This document shows, one piece after another, positions 60,692 to 63,348 of a stretch of DNA of 63,348 bases. The DNA lies in NCBI GenBank assembly GCA_022813965.1, contig JALDZS010000058.1, positions 62,001 through 125,348 on the forward strand. The letters are read 5' to 3'. The first letter of the stretch is position 1. Each line of letters opens with the position of its first letter. Source of the DNA: Toensbergia leucococca (Eukaryota). Below the pieces are notes generated by a model, which saw nothing but the letters and a program-made list of their open reading frames with translations, was not told where the DNA came from and ran no database searches. The translations under genes and the position numbers were made by a program.

Positions 60692-62353
60692 TCAAACCAC
60701 CAAACACAACGCCTGCCTCAACGCCCGCTCAAGCCCAGCCCGAAAATCAAGCCCCCGTCTCCTCTGGCGCCACGCGACAAAATCATCCGGACGAACAAGT
60801 ACCGCGCCTCTCGAATCAACACCCGCAGCGGCTTCAAACACACCCTTCGAAGCCACAAGATCGCCTTCAGGTCCCACGCAATAAGCAACAACATCGATGC
60901 CCAGGGCCTCAGAGGACTTTTTCGCAGCATCCACCCACTCCACGCCCTCTGCACCCGCCAGCAACACAAAGTTCTTCCCGCACAGATCGAGCGTCGAGAT
61001 GCGTTTCCCCCGCCGCTGGACCCACAGATGTGGCACTCGACTTCCCGGTCTTCCGTCCAGTGACAGGAACAGGCTCGGCACATTCCAGGGCCTCCAGGTC
61101 AATCCTCCGAGCGGAAAAGTGTCTTCCGCGCAAATCGCCTTGCCTGCATAACAATACCCATGTCCCGACAGTAAAGGTATCCTCCGCAACCAGCCCATCA
61201 CAACGGTCAGATTCAGCTTCGTGGATATGATCCCCCTCTCATCGGCTCCATTGGCCGACGCCTCAGCTGCTGCCCGTCCGACGGGAATACGCTCCACGTC
61301 ATACGTCTCCAGCAACGCCTTGCCCGCATGACCTTTCAACACCGCCGCGAGTTTCCAGGCAAGGTTGTCCACGTCTGCGATACCCGAATTCGCGCCCTGG
61401 CCTCCCCATGGCGGCATCTGGTGCGCGGCATCGCCGGCGAGGAAGATACGCTCATGCTGCAAACGCTCGGCGATTCGTACAGAGGGCTCCCAGGGGAGGA
61501 TGCTAGTGATGTCGATCTCAATGTTGGGCATCCCCAATGCGATGCGCAGCAGCTCTTTGCATTTCTGAGGTGGGAAGTCGGAGGCTTTCTCGCCTTTGGA
61601 TATGTCGTATGAGAGGTGGAAGACCCAGCGGTCGCGGTTGTTGATGGCTGTGAACAGGCCGTTTAATTCAGGGCGTTGGATCGAGCAAAGAGAGAATTCG
61701 CGTCTCTGGACTAGAGGTTCGAGGTCGGCGTGGAAGAGAATGTTGAGTAGATGGCCCATTGCGCCTCGGCCTGTTGTTGGAGTATTGAGTTGAGTGCGGA
61801 TCGGACTCCCTGCTCCATCAGCGGCTATGAGATAGTCTGCTCGAACAGTCGAGGTGATACCGCTCTCCCGATCTTTCAAAGTGGCCGTAACACCATCACC
61901 GTCTTGCTCAACGCTAAGACATTCAGTATAGAACCTCACATCACCCCTCCGTTCCCTCGCAACATCTACTAAAACTGGTTCAATCATATCCTGGGTGACA
62001 AATGTGCCACTTACTGGACTTATTGGTGCAAGTAACCCACTTAGAGGAAACTTCCTGGGACCTGTTGTGCGCGGTCTCGCTTCAATGACTTCCTTGAGTG
62101 TATGGCCAGAGAGAATACCCATGCTGGCTGATAGTGAAGCACCGGCTTCGCGAACGCGGTCTTCGATTCCTAGAGCACGGTAGAGCTCCATGGTTCGTGC
62201 ATTGACGCTCCGGGCGCGCGGGTGGATTGATGTCCCGGAGTGGCGCTCGATGACCAGGGAATGTATGCCGTGGTGGGAGAGACAGAGAGAGGCGGAGAGG
62301 CCTACGATGCCGCCTCCTATGATTAGGACGGGAACTTGGGTTTCCGAGGACAT
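60692..62353 (-). CDS. FAD-dependent aromatic monooxygenase (PheA/TfdB, RdmE-like)
   Basis: GGGIVGL Rossmann motif, HPRARSVNARTME, YLIAADGAGS, RIFLAGDAAHQMPPWGGQGANSGIAD, and C-terminal PGSRVPHLW...AVLVRPDDFVAWR; intronless. Confidence 0.95.
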   Translation of the reverse strand: MSSETQVPVLIIGGGIVGLSASLCLSHHGIHSLVIERHSGTSIHPRARSVNARTMELYRALGIEDRVREAGASLSASMGILSGHTLKEVIEARPRTTGPRKFPLSGLLAPISPVSGTFVTQDMIEPVLVDVARERRGDVRFYTECLSVEQDGDGVTATLKDRESGITSTVRADYLIAADGAGSPIRTQLNTPTTGRGAMGHLLNILFHADLEPLVQRREFSLCSIQRPELNGLFTAINNRDRWVFHLSYDISKGEKASDFPPQKCKELLRIALGMPNIEIDITSILPWEPSVRIAERLQHERIFLAGDAAHQMPPWGGQGANSGIADVDNLAWKLAAVLKGHAGKALLETYDVERIPVGRAAAEASANGADERGIISTKLNLTVVMGWLRRIPLLSGHGYCYAGKAICAEDTFPLGGLTWRPWNVPSLFLSLDGRPGSRVPHLWVQRRGKRISTLDLCGKNFVLLAGAEGVEWVDAAKKSSEALGIDVVAYCVGPEGDLVASKGVFEAAAGVDSRGAVLVRPDDFVAWRQRRRGLDFRAGLERALRQALCLVV

Positions 62354-63348
62354 GGCTGTGGGGGTGTTGGTGTGAAATATACGAATTTTATGAAGGAAAA
62401 GAAACAGTAGGATTGAGTCCCGTTCTTGTGGCCGGGTACCTTCAGGACACTCACATAGTCATATCACAAATCCAATGGTTCATATGTTAGGAGGTAAACG
62501 TTGAGCCTCGAAATGAATGCGTCATCAAACTCGAGGTGTAAAACGGGAGAACGGGTCAGATCTGTGACTGGGGATAGGCAGCTAGCCACCTAGCTTAAAG
62601 GGGCTTAGCCGATTGCCTCAGGGGCTTAGCAATCTTGGCGGTCATTGAGAAGCAAAATCGAGCTTTTATTGAGTGCGTTCCTCTACCAAAGGAATTAAGT
62701 CTTATTGTATTTCAGACCGCAATTTCTACAACTCATCAGCGTTGATGTTGGTCGAATGATAGAACATTACTTTCAGCGCACCGTGATTTGAAGTTGCTGT
62801 GAAAAGACTCTTAACTGCTTGTTTCTCTGTTTGAAATGCTAAGACACTATTATTTCTCTCTTTCTTTTTGTGCCTTGTACAACGATATAGAAAGTGCGTG
62901 GTACTTGATGCAAAAGTCCATATCGAGCTGTCGTGGTTGATTTCAATCGAAGCGAGGGAGACTATCGGGGAGAAGAATTCGGGACTTGTAGAAGCTCGTG
63001 ACCATTCCGCCCATTTCTTCTCGTACCCGATGTCCGAGAATGAATAAGAACCCAGCTAGCTCTTCCAAAGTCGATGGAGGAAGAGGGGATATTAGCATTG
63101 GTGAATCAAAGCTGCTTCTGCACTAGACCCACGCCTCATGTCCTACCAGGGCCACACTGGTACGAGGTCAATTTTTAAAGTATTGCAAATGGCCAACGTA
63201 GGAATTTTGAGTCAACGTACCTGAATAGAATCATAACAACAACACGCTTTTTGATCGCTATTCTTCTATTCATCAACACCCTACCCTCAATGTCAGCACA
63301 AAGACGTGGCCGTGGGCCTGAAATTAGCCCTTCTACCCGGGGTGCAAT

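Overview
Eukaryotic window from an intron-containing filamentous ascomycete (Pezizomycotina; short GT-AG introns with CTAAC/CTGAC-type branch sites). All identifications come from reading the sequence and recalling motifs; no database search was run. Apparently intact genes: a PUD-1/2-like protein (cut by the window edge), a GNAT acetyltransferase, a Q/G/Y-rich glycine-zipper protein, a multipass membrane protein, an RNAi RNA-dependent RNA polymerase, a pathogen-related (SnoaL-like) protein, a probable GPI-anchored S/T-rich protein, STE50, U-box cyclophilin cyp8/PPIL2, a transglutaminase-like protein, the C2H2 transcription factor amdX, RRB1, the spg1/TEM1 GTPase, an MFS hexose transporter, palH/RIM21 and an intronless FAD monooxygenase. 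The most unusual stretch lies between spg1 and the sugar transporter (about 47.3-53.4 kb): a tightly packed run of decayed fragments of several unrelated genes, all on the + strand. Also notable are a small TA-flanked inverted-repeat element upstream of the RdRP, about 1 kb patches almost free of CpG, and repeated C-rich to G-rich skew switches that override codon usage. No rRNA, tRNA, CRISPR array or intact transposase was seen, and I cannot claim a proven new system.
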